A DNA stretch of 64,000 nt from Felis catus (taxonomy: Eukaryota): assembly GCF_018350175.1 (NCBI RefSeq), contig NC_058368.1:40612001-40676000 (forward strand), read 5' to 3'. The translations under genes and the position numbers were made by a program. Below, piece by piece: positions 14,094 through 24,725 of this stretch. Within the stretch, counting starts at the first letter, position 1, and every line of letters starts with the position of its first letter. The notes beneath the pieces are model-generated. The model did not search any database. It had not been told where the DNA came from and was given only the letters and a program-made list of their open reading frames with translations.

Positions 14094-14330
14094 AATTTTA
14101 AAAAAGTGCAATTCCTCCCATCCTATATACCATTAATGCATTTTACTTTTTCTTAAAAACACTCATCACTGCCTGGCATTACATTAAGTATGTTCTTTTT
14201 TCACTAAATTAAAAGCTTCAGAAGGACTTGGCTCAATCTGTAAAATCAACACACTCTAGCCCCAGCTTTTGGATTGGCACCTGCAGTATAAAGATGTCAA
14301 TAATTATGGGTTGAATGAATGAATGGATAA
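13645..14330 (+). mobile_element. L2 3' end remnant (interrupted by a SINE)
   Basis: Ends tcaataattatgggttgaatgaatgaatgg, the typical L2 tail. Confidence 0.55.
13858..14105 (+). mobile_element. CanSINE with (AAAT)n tail
   Basis: Diverged head, CT-rich body; TSD gcaattcct on both sides. Confidence 0.85.
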
Positions 14331-14670
14331 GCTGTCAAGGTTGTATCAATAGCAAAATAAGAACTGAACTTGCTAGATTGTCTTGTAAATTTTAACTTGA
14401 TAAAGCTAATCAGTGTTGGAAATATTAAGGAGTGAGATTCTAATGTGAAAACAAAAATGGAGAAATAAGTAATGAATGATAGAGATAGAGATAGAGAGAG
14501 AAAATGTGCAGAAGAAAAAAGTAAATACAAACTTTGCCTAATTATAATGCATAATAACTTAAAGATACAAAGAGAATAAAGAGAATACAGAGACTACATA
14601 GGGAGAATGCTGGGCTTTTGTTGTGATTTTTGTCTTTATTGTTTTTAATTGGTTTAATCAAGGTCATTTT

Positions 14671-14884
14671 ATTTTTTTATTATTAAAGTTTATTTATGTA
14701 TTTTGAGAGAGAGTGTATGCCAGTGGGGGAGGGCCAGAAAGAGAGAGGGAGGGAGAGAATCCCAAGCAGTCTCCATGCTGTCATCCTGGAGCCCAATGTG
14801 GGGCTCGATCTCACAACCCTAGGATCATGTCTTGAGCTGAAATCAATAATTGGTGCTTAACTGACTGAACCACCTGGGCACCCC
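14671..14884 (-). mobile_element. CanSINE
   Basis: Complete body; TSD taa(t/a)caaggtcatttt at 14655-14670 / 14885-14900. Confidence 0.92.
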
Positions 14885-14900
14885 TAAACAAGGTCATTTT

Positions 14901-15114
14901 TTAATGTTTATTTATTTGAGAGCAAGAGAGAGAGAGATAACATGAGTGGGAGATGGGTAGAGAGAGAGGGAGACACAGAATCTGAAGCAGGCTCCAGACC
15001 CTGAACTGATCTCAGGGGTCAGCACAGAGCCCGACTTGGGGCTTAAACTCACAGATGTTGATATGACCTGAGCCAAAGTTGGACGCTTAACTGACTTTGC
15101 CACCCAGGTGCCCC
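14901..15114 (-). mobile_element. CanSINE (SINEC_Fc-type)
   Basis: Complete body; right flank aaagccatttt resembles aaggtcatttt. Confidence 0.92.
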
Positions 15115-15880
15115 AAAGCCATTTTGAATAGACCTTACAGAATTCATTACATTATCCACTGAATCTTGAATTCTATATATCTCCATTAATATCATATAAA
15201 TTAATTAGTGATTCCTGGTTGTTGGACAACATAGTAAAGTGGCAGAAGTAAAAAGTAAAATGGCAAATAATTTTGCTAGCTATAAAAATGGCAAATTATG
15301 GCAAGGAAAAATAATGGAAAATTATTCCAAAAGGATGTAACCAAAAAGATTATAACCAAAAAGATATAAATAATTTTATGCTTAGTAGATTAAGCTTGGC
15401 CGTGCCCATATTCAGATTACTTTCTTTACTTAATGACTCATTTATTTAGGTAGCCAAGCTAAGTAAATACTTTGTGCAAAGGATTCTGATTAAAATCCTT
15501 AAATCATTTCTGGTCCAACACACTTGATAACTAGTTTTGCAATTTAGTGTCTGTCTTGGTTATGTTCCCAGCAGGTTATTAACAATTAATTAGCAATACT
15601 TCTCAAATGCTATCTGTGTTAAGCTACTAATTGCACGGCAGGAAAATAGAATTTCCCTTTGTAAACAAATTGTAATCATGATCATTTGCTTTATATAAGG
15701 CAATACAAATTTCCTTATATTTTTGTTATTGTTACTTAGATTTACAGCCAGAAGGCATAAATTTTATTTATGAGTGTTGGATGAAGCTGTTTATAAGTTC
15801 TACAGCAGATATTATAATAATTTAGGTTTGAATAACACTACCTCATTTTTAGCCATTTTCATCCTATTCCTTAGAAAAAG

Positions 15881-15882
<2 letters not shown>

Positions 15883-15926
<44 letters not shown>
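15883..15926. repeat. (GT)n microsatellite
   Basis: Perfect GT run. Confidence 0.97.
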
Positions 15927-15928
<2 letters not shown>

Positions 15929-17335
15929 AAACTGATAACACACAAGAGATTCTTGGCAGAATTTATTTAGATTAGCAATGATAACTTTAGCATAAGCATA
16001 ATTTTCACATTTTCTTTTGAAATTCTTAATAGTTTCTTTTAAAAAATCAATTTGCTCATGTTTAAAAGATTCCGAGTTAAAATTATAGTCAATAATTACA
16101 TATATTTAGTATTTATAGTCTTCAGTATTTTCTTTGGTATTCACTGTGCTTGACTTATTATATTCCCAGCTATGACCATGTCTTATTATGCTTTTTCATA
16201 CTACTTATATTCATAGAATGGTTCGATTGGCATTAATCTTTGATGTTTTTTAGTCCAGCCACCTAATTTTATAGTTGAGAAAGCTTAGGATCAGGAGAAG
16301 ATAATTTGAATTTTGAAAGGTCACTGTAGCAGATACAATAGATTGACTCACTCACATATATATTCCAATCACTTTCTAGTGTGCCTTCCTGTAGTGCACA
16401 GGTTGCAAAGGTTAAAAAAAAAAGAATCTCCTTTACTTAAGAAATGTATATGCTTAGATTCGTCCAGGGAAGAGTTCTTACATCCGGACCTGAGTAAGTA
16501 CAGGAGGAGTTATGCACAAACCACCTATTTTAATCCTTTAGCAGCAGGTGTAGCAGGTATTACACAAGTTGTAGCCAAAAATCATACAGGTAGCTAGTTG
16601 GACCTACATCGTAGTTATGAACATTTAATTTGGAGTGAGAAGTTGAGGTAGAAGGTGGCAGATGACTTCCTGGATTGACTCATTGGTATCTGTCAGAGTG
16701 ATATCTAGACACCTCCCCCACACTAACATTTATTTATGCAGTACTCTCAACACTTTTAGGGGTGAAAAATTGTCCTGCATTAAATTTTGTTCTGCTCAAA
16801 CTAGCTAGAATAGTTTCTGTTACCTGAAACTGAATTCTGACTCAGAAAGTAATGGGGAAAGTAACATGGAGAATAGCTTATACAATCACATGCTTTGGAA
16901 TAGAACCAAGAATTCCCACTAAATAATGGGAGAGATGGGAACTGGAAATTCATAGGAAAATAAAAAGAGGTCAGTTAGACACCTGAACAGAAATAATTAG
17001 TATATGTGTTGTCATGTAGGGAAAGCTAAATGTTTGACATCTCTGCCTGATGAAGAAGATAAAGCTGATAAATAGACAAAATAGACACATGGAACCAACA
17101 TGTTGTATTGAGATGTTATCTAAACTTAAAATTAACAGAATGAGTGCCATAAATGATATATATTTAGGACAAGGTTCAATTTCAAACTTCATTTTTATAG
17201 TCATTCTTCTGCATACATCCTTCACACATTTGGGATAATAGCTTAGGTAATAAAGTTATTGTGTAAATTAAATGATATATATTTCAAGAAGTTCTTAGAT
17301 TTGAGCTAATACATAGGACACATTAAATAAATAGA

Positions 17336-17518
17336 GGGATGCCTGGGTGGCTCAGTCAGTTAAGCTTCTAACTCTTGACGTCAGTTCAGGTCATGATCTC
17401 ACAGTTCATGAGATGGAGCCCCGTGTGGTACTTCATGCTGACCGCGGGGAGTCTTCTTGGGTTTGTGTCTCCCTCTCTCTCTCTCTCCCTCCCCACCCAG
17501 AATAAATAAAGTTAAAAA
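17336..17518 (+). mobile_element. CanSINE
   Basis: gggatgcctgggtggctcagtcagttaag head; TSD aataaataga. Confidence 0.9.
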
Positions 17519-17754
17519 AATAAATAGAAATTACTGCAGATTTATACTAATTCCCTCAGATATGTCTTAGGAAATGTTTATATATAATTAGCTGTAGACA
17601 AAAGTGTTATTTTTCAGTAGATTTCATCTTTATTTTTTGATATTATTGAAAAACTTTGAGATTTTTTCCTTTTATAATATTGACAGAATAAAGAGAGAAA
17701 ACAAAAAACAAGAGAACCACACTATTCTAACTTTTGGAAAAATAAAAACAACAT

Positions 17755-18027
17755 TTTAAATGTAAATGGTTTAAATATATGTACTGAATATATGTATTCT
17801 CAGAATATATAAAAATGCAAGACCAAACTATATGCTGTGTATGAAAACAACTTTTTAAATATCTAGGGACAGAGAGTTTAAAATTAGAAAGGATGAAAAA
17901 AGATATACCAAGAAAACACTAATCAAAAGAACACTTGGGAAGCCATGTTGGGAAGTCAAGTGTAATAAACAAATTATATTTTAGGGGAAAGAACATTATT
18001 GGAAATGAAGAAATGTATTTTATAATA
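17755..18027 (+). mobile_element. Old L1 ORF2 endonuclease fragment (left part, interrupted by the young L1)
   Basis: Decayed homology to NVNGLN...KQDPTICC...RLKxKGWKKIY...NTNQK (aaatgtaaatggtttaaat; caagaccaaactatatgctgt; aacactaatcaaaaga). Confidence 0.75.
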
Positions 18028-18054
18028 AAAAATGTGAATTTTTTTTATATGAAA

Positions 18055-18060
18055 TTTATT
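18055..18060 (-). terminator. L1 polyadenylation signal AATAAA
   Basis: tttatt on the plus strand, followed on the minus strand by TTTCATAT and a short A run that merges into the TSD. Confidence 0.8.
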
Positions 18061-18263
18061 GACAAATTAGTTTTCATACAACACCCAGTGCTCATCCCAA
18101 AAGGTGCCCTCCTCAATACCCATCACCCACCCTCTCCTCCCTCCCACCCCCCATCATCCCTCAGTTTGTTCTCAGTTTTTAAGAGTCTCTTATGCTTTGG
18201 CTCTCTCCCACTCTAACCTGTTTTTTTTTTCCTTCCCCTCCCCCATGGGTTCCTGTTAATTTC

Positions 18264-21200
18264 TCAGGGTCCACATAAGAGTGAAACCATATGGTATCTG
18301 TCTTTCTCTGTATGGCTTATTTCACTTAGCATCACACTCTCCAGTTCCATCCACGTTGCTACAAAAGGCCATATTTCATTTTTTCTCATTGCCACGTAAT
18401 ATTCCATTGTGTATATAAACCACAATTTCTTTATCCATTCATCAGTTGATGGACATTTAGGCTCTTTCCATAATTTGGCTATTGTTGAGAGTGGTGCTAT
18501 GAACATTGGGGTACAAGTGGCCCTATGCATCAGTACTCCTGTATCCCTTGGATAAATTCCTAGCAGTGCTATTGCTGGGTCATAGGGTAGGTCTATTTTT
18601 AATTTTCTGAGGAACCTCCACACTGCTTTCCAGAGCGGCTGCACCAATTTGCATTCCCACCAACAGTGCAAGAGGGTTCCCGTTTCTCCACATCCTCTCC
18701 AGCATCTAGAGTCTCCTGATTTGTTCATTTTGGCCACTCTGACTGGCGTGAGGTGATACCTGAGTGTGGTTTTGATTTGTATTTCCCTGATAAGGAGCGA
18801 CGCTGAACATCTTTTCATGTGCCTGTTGGCCATCCGGATGTCTTCTTTAGAGAAGTGTCTATTCATGTTTTCTGCCCATTTCTTCACTGGGTTATTTGTT
18901 TTTCGGGTGTGGAGTTTGGTGAGCTCTTTATAGATTTTGAATACTAGCCCTTTGTCCGATATGTCATTTGCGAATATCTTTTCCCATTCCGTTGGTTGCC
19001 TTTTAGTTTTGTTGGTTGTTTCCTTTGCTGTGCAGAAGCTTTTTATCTTCATAAGGTCCCAGTAATTCACTTTTGCTTTTAATTCCCTTGCCTTTGGGGA
19101 TGTGTCGAGTAAGAGATTGCTACGGCTGAGGTCAGAGAGGTCTTTTCCTGCTTTCTCCTCTAAGGTTTTGATGGTTTCCTGTCTCACATTTAGGTCCTTT
19201 ATCCATTTGGAGTTTATTTTTGTGAATGGTGTGAGAAAGTGGTCTAGTTTCAACCTTCTGCATGTTGCTGTCCAGTTCTCCCAGCACCATTTGTTAAAGA
19301 GGCTGTCTTTTTTCCATTGGATGTTCTTTCCTGCTTTGTCAAAGATGAGTTGGCCATACGTTTGTGGGTCTAGTTCTGGGGTTTCTATTCTATTCCATTG
19401 GTCTATGTGTCTGTTTTTGTGCCAATACCATGCTGTCTTGATGATGACAGCTTTGTAGTAGAGGCTAAAGTCTGGGATTGTGATGCCTCCTGCTTTGGTC
19501 TTCTTCTTCAAAATTCCTTTGGCTATTCGGGGCCTTTTGTGGTTCCATATGAATTTTAGGATTGCTTGTTCTAGTTTCGAGAAGAATGCTGGTGCAATTT
19601 TGATTGGGATTGCATTGAATGTGTAGATAGCTTTGGGTAGTATTGACATTTTGACAATATTTATTTTTCCAATCCATGAGCAGGGAATGTCTTTCCATTT
19701 CTTTAAATCTTCTTCAATTTCCTTCATAAGCTTTCTATAGTTTTCAGCATACAGATCCTTTACATCTTTGGTTAGATTTATTCCTAGGTATTTTATGCTT
19801 CTTGGTGCAATTGTGAATGGGATCAGTTTCTTTATTTGTCTTTCTGTTGCTTCATTGTTTGTGTATAAGAATGCAACTGATTTCTGTACATTGATTTTGT
19901 ATCCTGCAACTTTGCTGAATTCATGTATCAGTTCTAGTAGACTTTTGGTGGAGTCTATCGGATTTTCCATGTATAATATCATGTCATCTGCAAAAAGCGA
20001 AAGCTTGACTTCGTCTTTGCCAATTTTGATGCCTTTGATTTCCTTTTGTTGTCTGATTGCTGATGCTAGAACTTCCAGCACTATGTTAAACAGCAGCGGT
20101 GAGAGTGGGCATCCTTGTCGTGTTCCTGATCTCAGGGAAAAAGCTCTCAGTTTTTCCCTGTTGAGGATGATGTTAGCTGTGGGCTTTTCATAAATGGCTT
20201 TTATGATCTTTAAGTATGTTCCTTCTATCCCGACTTTCTCAAGGGATTTTATTAAGAAACCGTGCTGGATTTTGTCAAAGGCCTTTTCTGCATCGATTGA
20301 CAGGATCATATGGTTCTTCTCTTTTTTTTTGTTAATGTTATGTATCACGTTGATTGATTTGCAAATGTTGAACCAGCCCTGCATCCCAGGAATGAATCCC
20401 ACTTGATCATGGTGAATAATTCTTTTTATATGCCGTTGAATTCGATTTGCTAGTATCTTATTGAGAATTTTTGCATCCATATTCATCAGGGATATTGGCC
20501 TGTAGTTCTCTTTTTTGACTGGGTCTCTGTCTGGTTTAGGAATCAAAGTAATACTGGCTTCATAGAATGAGTCTGGAAGTTTTCCTTCCCTTTCTATTTC
20601 TTGGAATAGCTTGAGAAGGATAGGTATTATCTCTGCTTTAAACGTCTGGTAGAACTCCCCTGGGAAGCCATCTGGTCCTGGACTCTTATTTGTTGGGAGA
20701 TTTTGGATAACCGATTCAATTTCTTCGCTGGTTATGGGTCTGTTCAAGCTTTCTATTTCCTCCTGATTGAGTTTTGGAAGAGTGTGGGTGTTCAGGAATT
20801 TGTCCATTTCTTCCAGGTTGTCCAATTTGTTGGCATATAATTTTTCATAGTATTCCCTGATAATTGTTTGTATCTCTGAGGGATTGGTTGTAATAATTCC
20901 ATTTTCATTCATGATTTTATCTATTTGGGTCATCTCCCTTTTCTTTTTGAGAAGCCTGGCTAGAGGTTTGTCAATTTTGTTTATTTTTTCAAAAAACCAA
21001 CTCTTGGTTTCGTTGATCTGCTCTACAGTTTTTTTAGATTCTATATTGTTTATTTCTGCTCTGATCTTTATTATTTCTCTTCTTCTGCTGGGTTTAGGCT
21101 GCCTTTGCTGTTCTGCTTCTAGTTCCTTTAGGTGTGCTGTTAGATTTTGTATTTGGGATTTTTCTTGTTTCTTGAGATAGGCCTGGATTGCAATGTATTT

Positions 21201-22088
21201 TCCTCTCAGGACTGCCTTCGCTGCGTCCCAAAGCGTTTGGATTGTTGTATTTTCATTTTCGTTTGTTTCCATATATTTTTTAATTTCTTCTCTAATTGCC
21301 TGGTTGACCCACTCATTCGTTAGTAGGGTGTTCTTTAACCTCCATGCTTTTGGAGGTTTTCCAGACTTTTTCCTGTGGTTGATTTCAAGCTTCATAGCAT
21401 TGTGGTCTGAAAGTATGCATGGTATAATTTCAATTCTTGTAAACTTATGAAGGGCTGTTTTGTGACCCAGTATATGATCTATCTTGGAGAATGTTCCATG
21501 TGCACTCGAGAAGAAAGTATATTCTGTTGCTTTGGGATGCAGAGTTCTAAATATATCTGTCAAGTCCATCTGATCCAATGTCTCATTCAGGGCCCTTGTT
21601 TCTTTATTGACCGTGTGTCTAGATGATCTGTCCATTTCTGTAAGTGGGGTGTTAAAGTCCCCTGCAATTACCACATTCTTATCAATAAGGTTGCTTATGT
21701 TTATGAGTAATTGTTTTATATATTTGGGGGCTCCGGTATTCGGCGCATAGACATTTATAATTGTTAGCTCTTCCTGATGGATAGACCCTGTAACTATTAT
21801 ATAATGTCCTTCTTCATCTCTTGTTACAGCCTTTAATTTAAAGTCTAGTTTGTCTGATATAAGTATGGCTACTCCAGCTTTCTTTTGGCTTCCAGTCGCA
21901 TGATAAATAGTTCTCCATCCCCTCACTCTCAATCTAAAGGTGTCCTCAGGTCTAAAATGAGTCTCTTGTAGACAGCAAATAGATGGGTCTTGTTTTTTTA
22001 TCCATTCTGATACCCTATGTCTTTTGGTTGGTGCATTTAATCCATTTACATTCAGTGTTATTATAGAAAGATACGGGTTGAGAGTCAT
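18264..22088 (-). CDS. L1 ORF2p (APE endonuclease, reverse transcriptase, CCHC domain), 1274 aa from first ATG ([10 protein letters not shown]...)
   Basis: Uninterrupted frame. EN motifs LNVNGLN, CLQETH, NVYAPN, GDFNT, SDH; RT motifs YRPISL, QGCPLSP, FADD; C-terminal [18 protein letters not shown]. The track ORF starting at 22142 uses GTG; the first ATG is at 22088. Confidence 0.97.
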   Translation of the reverse strand: MTLNPYLSIITLNVNGLNAPTKRHRVSEWIKKQDPSICCLQETHFRPEDTFRLRVRGWRTIYHATGSQKKAGVAILISDKLDFKLKAVTRDEEGHYIIVTGSIHQEELTIINVYAPNTGAPKYIKQLLINISNLIDKNVVIAGDFNTPLTEMDRSSRHTVNKETRALNETLDQMDLTDIFRTLHPKATEYTFFSSAHGTFSKIDHILGHKTALHKFTRIEIIPCILSDHNAMKLEINHRKKSGKPPKAWRLKNTLLTNEWVNQAIREEIKKYMETNENENTTIQTLWDAAKAVLRGKYIAIQAYLKKQEKSQIQNLTAHLKELEAEQQRQPKPSRRREIIKIRAEINNIESKKTVEQINETKSWFFEKINKIDKPLARLLKKKREMTQIDKIMNENGIITTNPSEIQTIIREYYEKLYANKLDNLEEMDKFLNTHTLPKLNQEEIESLNRPITSEEIESVIQNLPTNKSPGPDGFPGEFYQTFKAEIIPILLKLFQEIEREGKLPDSFYEASITLIPKPDRDPVKKENYRPISLMNMDAKILNKILANRIQRHIKRIIHHDQVGFIPGMQGWFNICKSINVIHNINKKKEKNHMILSIDAEKAFDKIQHGFLIKSLEKVGIEGTYLKIIKAIYEKPTANIILNREKLRAFSLRSGTRQGCPLSPLLFNIVLEVLASAIRQQKEIKGIKIGKDEVKLSLFADDMILYMENPIDSTKSLLELIHEFSKVAGYKINVQKSVAFLYTNNEATERQIKKLIPFTIAPRSIKYLGINLTKDVKDLYAENYRKLMKEIEEDLKKWKDIPCSWIGKINIVKMSILPKAIYTFNAIPIKIAPAFFSKLEQAILKFIWNHKRPRIAKGILKKKTKAGGITIPDFSLYYKAVIIKTAWYWHKNRHIDQWNRIETPELDPQTYGQLIFDKAGKNIQWKKDSLFNKWCWENWTATCRRLKLDHFLTPFTKINSKWIKDLNVRQETIKTLEEKAGKDLSDLSRSNLLLDTSPKARELKAKVNYWDLMKIKSFCTAKETTNKTKRQPTEWEKIFANDISDKGLVFKIYKELTKLHTRKTNNPVKKWAENMNRHFSKEDIRMANRHMKRCSASLLIREIQIKTTLRYHLTPVRVAKMNKSGDSRCWRGCGETGTLLHCWWECKLVQPLWKAVWRFLRKLKIDLPYDPAIALLGIYPRDTGVLMHRATCTPMFIAPLSTIAKLWKEPKCPSTDEWIKKLWFIYTMEYYVAMRKNEIWPFVATWMELESVMLSEISHTEKDRYHMVSLLCGP

Positions 22089-22138
22089 TGTGATGTCTGT
22101 ATGTTTTATGCTTGTAGTGATGTCTCTGGGACTTTGTC

Positions 22139-23030
22139 TCACAGGGTCCCCCTTAGGATCTCTTGTAGGGCTGGTTTAGTGGTGATGAATTCCTTCAGTT
22201 TTTGTTTGTTTGGGAAAACCTTTATCTCTCCTTCTATTCTAAATGACAGACTTGCTGGGTAAAGGATTCTTGGCTGCATATTTTTTCTGTCTAGCACCCT
22301 GAAAATCTCCTGCCAATTCTTTCTGGCCTGCCAAGTTTCAAAAGAGAGATCAGTCACGAGTCTTATAGGTCTCCCTTTATATGTGAGGGCACGTTTACCC
22401 CTTGCTGCTTTCAGAATTTTCTCTTTATCCTTGTATTTTGCCAGTTTCACTATGATATGTCGTGCAGAAGATCGATTCAAGTTACGTCTGAAGGGAGTTC
22501 TCTGTGCCTCTTGGATTTCAATGCCTTTTCCTTCCCCAGTTCAGGGAAGTTCTCAGCTATTATTTCTTCAAGTACCCCTTCAGCACCTTTCCCTCTCTCT
22601 TCCTCCCTGGGATACCAATTATGCGTATATTATTTCTTTTTAGTGTATCACTTAGTTCTCTAATTTTCCCCTCATACTCCTGGATTTTTTTATCTCTCTT
22701 TTTCTCAGCTTCCTCTTTTTCCATAACTTTATCCTCTAGTTCACCTATTCTCTCCTCTGCCTCTTCAAGCCGAGCTGTGGTGGTTTCCATTTTGTTATGC
22801 ATTTCGTTTAAAGCGTTTTTCAGCTCCTCGTGACTGTTCCTTAGTCCCTTGATCTCTGTAGCAAGAGATTCTCTGCTGTCCTGTATACTGTTTTCAAGCC
22901 CAGCGATTAATTTTATGACTATTATTCTAAATTCACTTTCTGTGATATTATTTAAATCCTTTTTGATCAGCTCATTAGCTGTTGTTATTTCCTGGAGATT
23001 CTTCTGAGGGGAATTCTTCCGCTTGGTCAT
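22139..23030 (-). pseudogene. L1 ORF1p (coiled coil, RRM, CTD), frameshifted
   Basis: ATG at 23030 (MTKRKNSPQK...) and stop at 22139 (...[11 protein letters not shown]). The 892-nt span is split over frames. Restoring one base near 22607 and one near 22527 gives a continuous 297-aa ORF1 (...IIGIPEEEERGKGAEGVLEEIIAENFPELGKEKGIEIQEAQRTP...). Confidence 0.9.
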
Positions 23031-23959
23031 TTTGGATAGTCCCTGGCGTGGTGAGGACCTGCAGGGCTCTTTCCTGTGTTGTGGTGTATAACTGGAGTTG
23101 GTGGGCGGGGCCGCAGTCAGACCTGATGTCTGCCCCCAGCCCACCGCTGGGGCCACAGTCAGACTGGTGTGTGCCTTCTCTTCCCCTCTCCTAGGGGCGG
23201 GATTCACTGTGGGGTGGTGTGGCCCGTCTGGGCTACTTGCACACTGCCAGGCTTGTGATGCTGGGGATCTGGCGTATTAGCTGGGGTGGGTAGGCAAGGT
23301 GCACGGGGGCAGGAGGGGCAGGCTTAGATCGCTTCTCCTTAGGTGATCCTCTTCAGGAGGGGCCCTGTGGCAGCGGGAGGGAGTCAGATCCGCTGCCAGA
23401 GGTTTGGCTCCGCAGAAGCGCAGAGTTGGGTGTTTGCGCGGAGCGAGCAAGTTCCCTGGCAGGAACTGGTTCTCTTTGGGATTTTGGCTGGGGAATGGGC
23501 GGGGGAGATGGCGCTGGCGAGCGCCTTTGTTCCCCACCAAACTGAGCTCTGTCGTCCGGGGGCTCAGCAGCTCTCCCTCCCTTTGTCCTCCAGCCTTCCC
23601 GCTTTCCGAGCAGAGCTGTTAACTTATGACCTCCCAGACGCTAACTCGTGCTTGTTGTGGGAACACAGTCCGTCAGGCCCCTCCGCTTTTGCCAGCCAGA
23701 CTCGGGGGCTCTGCTTGGCCGGCGAGCCGCCCCTCCGCCCCGGCTCCCTCCCGCCAGTCCGTGGAGCGCGCACCGCCTCGCAGCCCTTCCTACCCTCTTC
23801 TGTGGGCCTCTCGTCTGCGTTTGGCTCCGGCGACTCCGTTCTGCTAATCCTCTGGCGGTTTTCTGGGTTATTTAGGCAGGTGTAGGTGGAATCTAAGTGA
23901 TCAGCAGGACGCGCGGTGAGCCCAGCGTCCTCCTAAGCCGCCATCTTGCCGCTTCCCCC
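23031..23959 (-). promoter_or_regulatory. L1 5'UTR / internal Pol II promoter, CpG-island-like
   Basis: 929 nt upstream of the ORF1 ATG; GC- and CpG-rich against very AT-rich flanks. Confidence 0.88.
23937..23948 (-). promoter_or_regulatory. YY1-binding motif at L1 5' end
   Basis: CAAGATGGCGGC on the minus strand, 12 nt from the element start; a YY1 site at this position is known to set the L1 start site. Confidence 0.8.
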
Positions 23960-24165
23960 AAAAATGTGAATTTTTAAAAGGGCATCAAGAAGATGTATTA
24001 GTGCTAAATATGTACACATTTTAAAACTGAATCAAAATGCAAGATGGAAAGGTTATATAAATACATATAAAATTGATGAAATTAAAATTGTGATTGGATA
24101 TTTCAGTATCCTTCCCTTAGCACTTGTTAGAATATGTGGATAGAAAATCAAGATATGAACGTTTT

Positions 24166-24366
24166 TGTTTTTGTTTTTTATTTTTTTAACTTAGAGAGAG
24201 AGAGTGCGAGAGGGCAGAGGGCAAAGAGAGACAGAAAGAGAATCTCAAGCAAGCTCAATACTCAGCACAGAGCCTTACATGGAGTTTGATCCCAGAACCC
24301 TGGGATCATGACCTGAGCTGAAATCAAGAGTCAGATGTTTAACCGACTGAACCACCCAGGCGTCTC
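24166..24366 (-). mobile_element. CanSINE
   Basis: Complete body; TSD gatatgaa(c/a)gtttt. Confidence 0.9.
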
Positions 24367-24592
24367 AGGATATGAAAGTTTTGAATAACACTACAAAAAC
24401 TTGACCCAATTGACATTTATAGAACATTCCTCTCTCAAAAAATCAGACTCCATATTCTTTTCTAGTGCATGGAACATGGATCATTTGTCATGCCAGATTA
24501 TATTCTGGAACAAATCTAAATTTAAAGGATAGAAATTACACAAAATATTGTTTCTTACCAAATACAAAATTAAATTAGAAATTGATAACTGA

Positions 24593-24725
24593 GGGGTGCC
24601 TCAGTCTGTTAAGCATCTGACTCTTGATCTCAGCTCAGGTCTTGATCTGAGGGTTGTAAATTCAAGCCTGTGTCGGGCTCCATGCTGGGCGTGAAGTCTA
24701 CTTAAAAAAGAAAAAAAAATAGAAG
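24593..24725 (+). mobile_element. Short CanSINE
   Basis: ggggtgcctcagtctgttaagcatctgactcttgatctcagctcagg...A tail. Confidence 0.85.

Larger units (their letters stand above)
18044..23959 (-). mobile_element. Full-length young LINE-1 (felid L1), ~5.9 kb
   Basis: 5'UTR-ORF1-ORF2-3'UTR order on the minus strand. Identical TSD aaaaatgtgaattttt at 18028-18043 and 23960-23975. Starts GGGGGAAGCGGCAAGATGGCGGC; AATAAA at 18055-18060. Confidence 0.98.

Noticed and set aside
19102..21450. Several plus-strand ORFs of 70-141 aa
   Set aside because: They are antisense shadows of L1 ORF2, with no independent coding signal.
23031..23207. 59-aa in-frame N-terminal extension of ORF1
   Set aside because: It starts at GTG within the 5'UTR; the first ATG at 23030 gives a normal-length ORF1.
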